Shown here piece after piece: positions 63,796 through 64,000 of a DNA stretch of 64,000 nt (position 1 is its first letter; every line of letters begins with the position of its first letter). Below the pieces are notes generated by a model that was not told the DNA's origin, did not search any database, and saw only the letters and a program-made list of their open reading frames with translations. The stretch comes from Phaeosaccion multiseriatum (Eukaryota; Protista; Ochrophyta, other classes), in assembly GCA_965112735.1 (NCBI GenBank), contig OZ218953.1, positions 4,154,001 to 4,218,000 of the forward strand, given 5' to 3'. Position numbers and translations under genes: made by a program.

Positions 63796-64000
63796 GTGAG
63801 TCAAGTTCGCCGATCTTCCCCCTCTCTCGGCCTTGTGAAGTTCGCCTTTCTGCCTCTGCCTCTCTCTCCCTCGGGTTCCTGCCTTCGTCCTCCTCCTCCT
63901 CCTCCTCCTCCTCCTCCTCCTCCTCCTCCTCCTCCTCCTCCTCCTCCTCCTCCTCCTCCTCCTCCTCCTCCTCCTCTTCCTCCTCCTCCTCCTCCTCCTC

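Overview
Eukaryotic nuclear DNA, most likely from a flagellated ochrophyte (photosynthetic stramenopile) alga. The evidence is spliceosomal GT-AG introns, an axonemal dynein heavy chain, and a Mg-chelatase H subunit with a signal peptide + 'AF' bipartite plastid leader. I reconstructed 13 protein-coding genes by hand, with reading phase checked across 83 complete introns. In order: DNAH2-type dynein heavy chain (5' ~2040 aa, runs off the left edge), an unknown coiled-coil protein with a C-terminal hydrophobic tail, an LRR-like orphan, NOP15/NIFK-like RRM protein, an acyl-activating (AMP-binding) enzyme containing a 12-nt micro-exon, a PDZ-Tubby protein, a PWWP + TFIIS-N protein, a PX-PH protein, DPH1, ATG6/Beclin-1, a WRKY19-like CCCH-repeat protein, a CHLH2-type Mg-chelatase (26 exons), and an ABCB28-like transporter (runs off the right edge). 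Twelve of the 13 genes form six head-to-head pairs. Most provided six-frame ORFs are translations of microsatellites or antisense shadows. The most unusual signal is intron architecture. Many introns are G-rich at the 5' end, with repeats that reiterate the donor motif, and C/CA-rich at the 3' end, with repeats resembling branch points, often with U-poor AAG acceptors. One intron starts with 15 donor hexamers in 128 nt, another holds nine identical 28-nt units separated by variable (GA)n spacers, several carry private minisatellites starting at the donor, and one contains a MITE-like element. No rRNA, tRNA or CRISPR-Cas was recognised. Family assignments are from motif recognition only; no searches were run.
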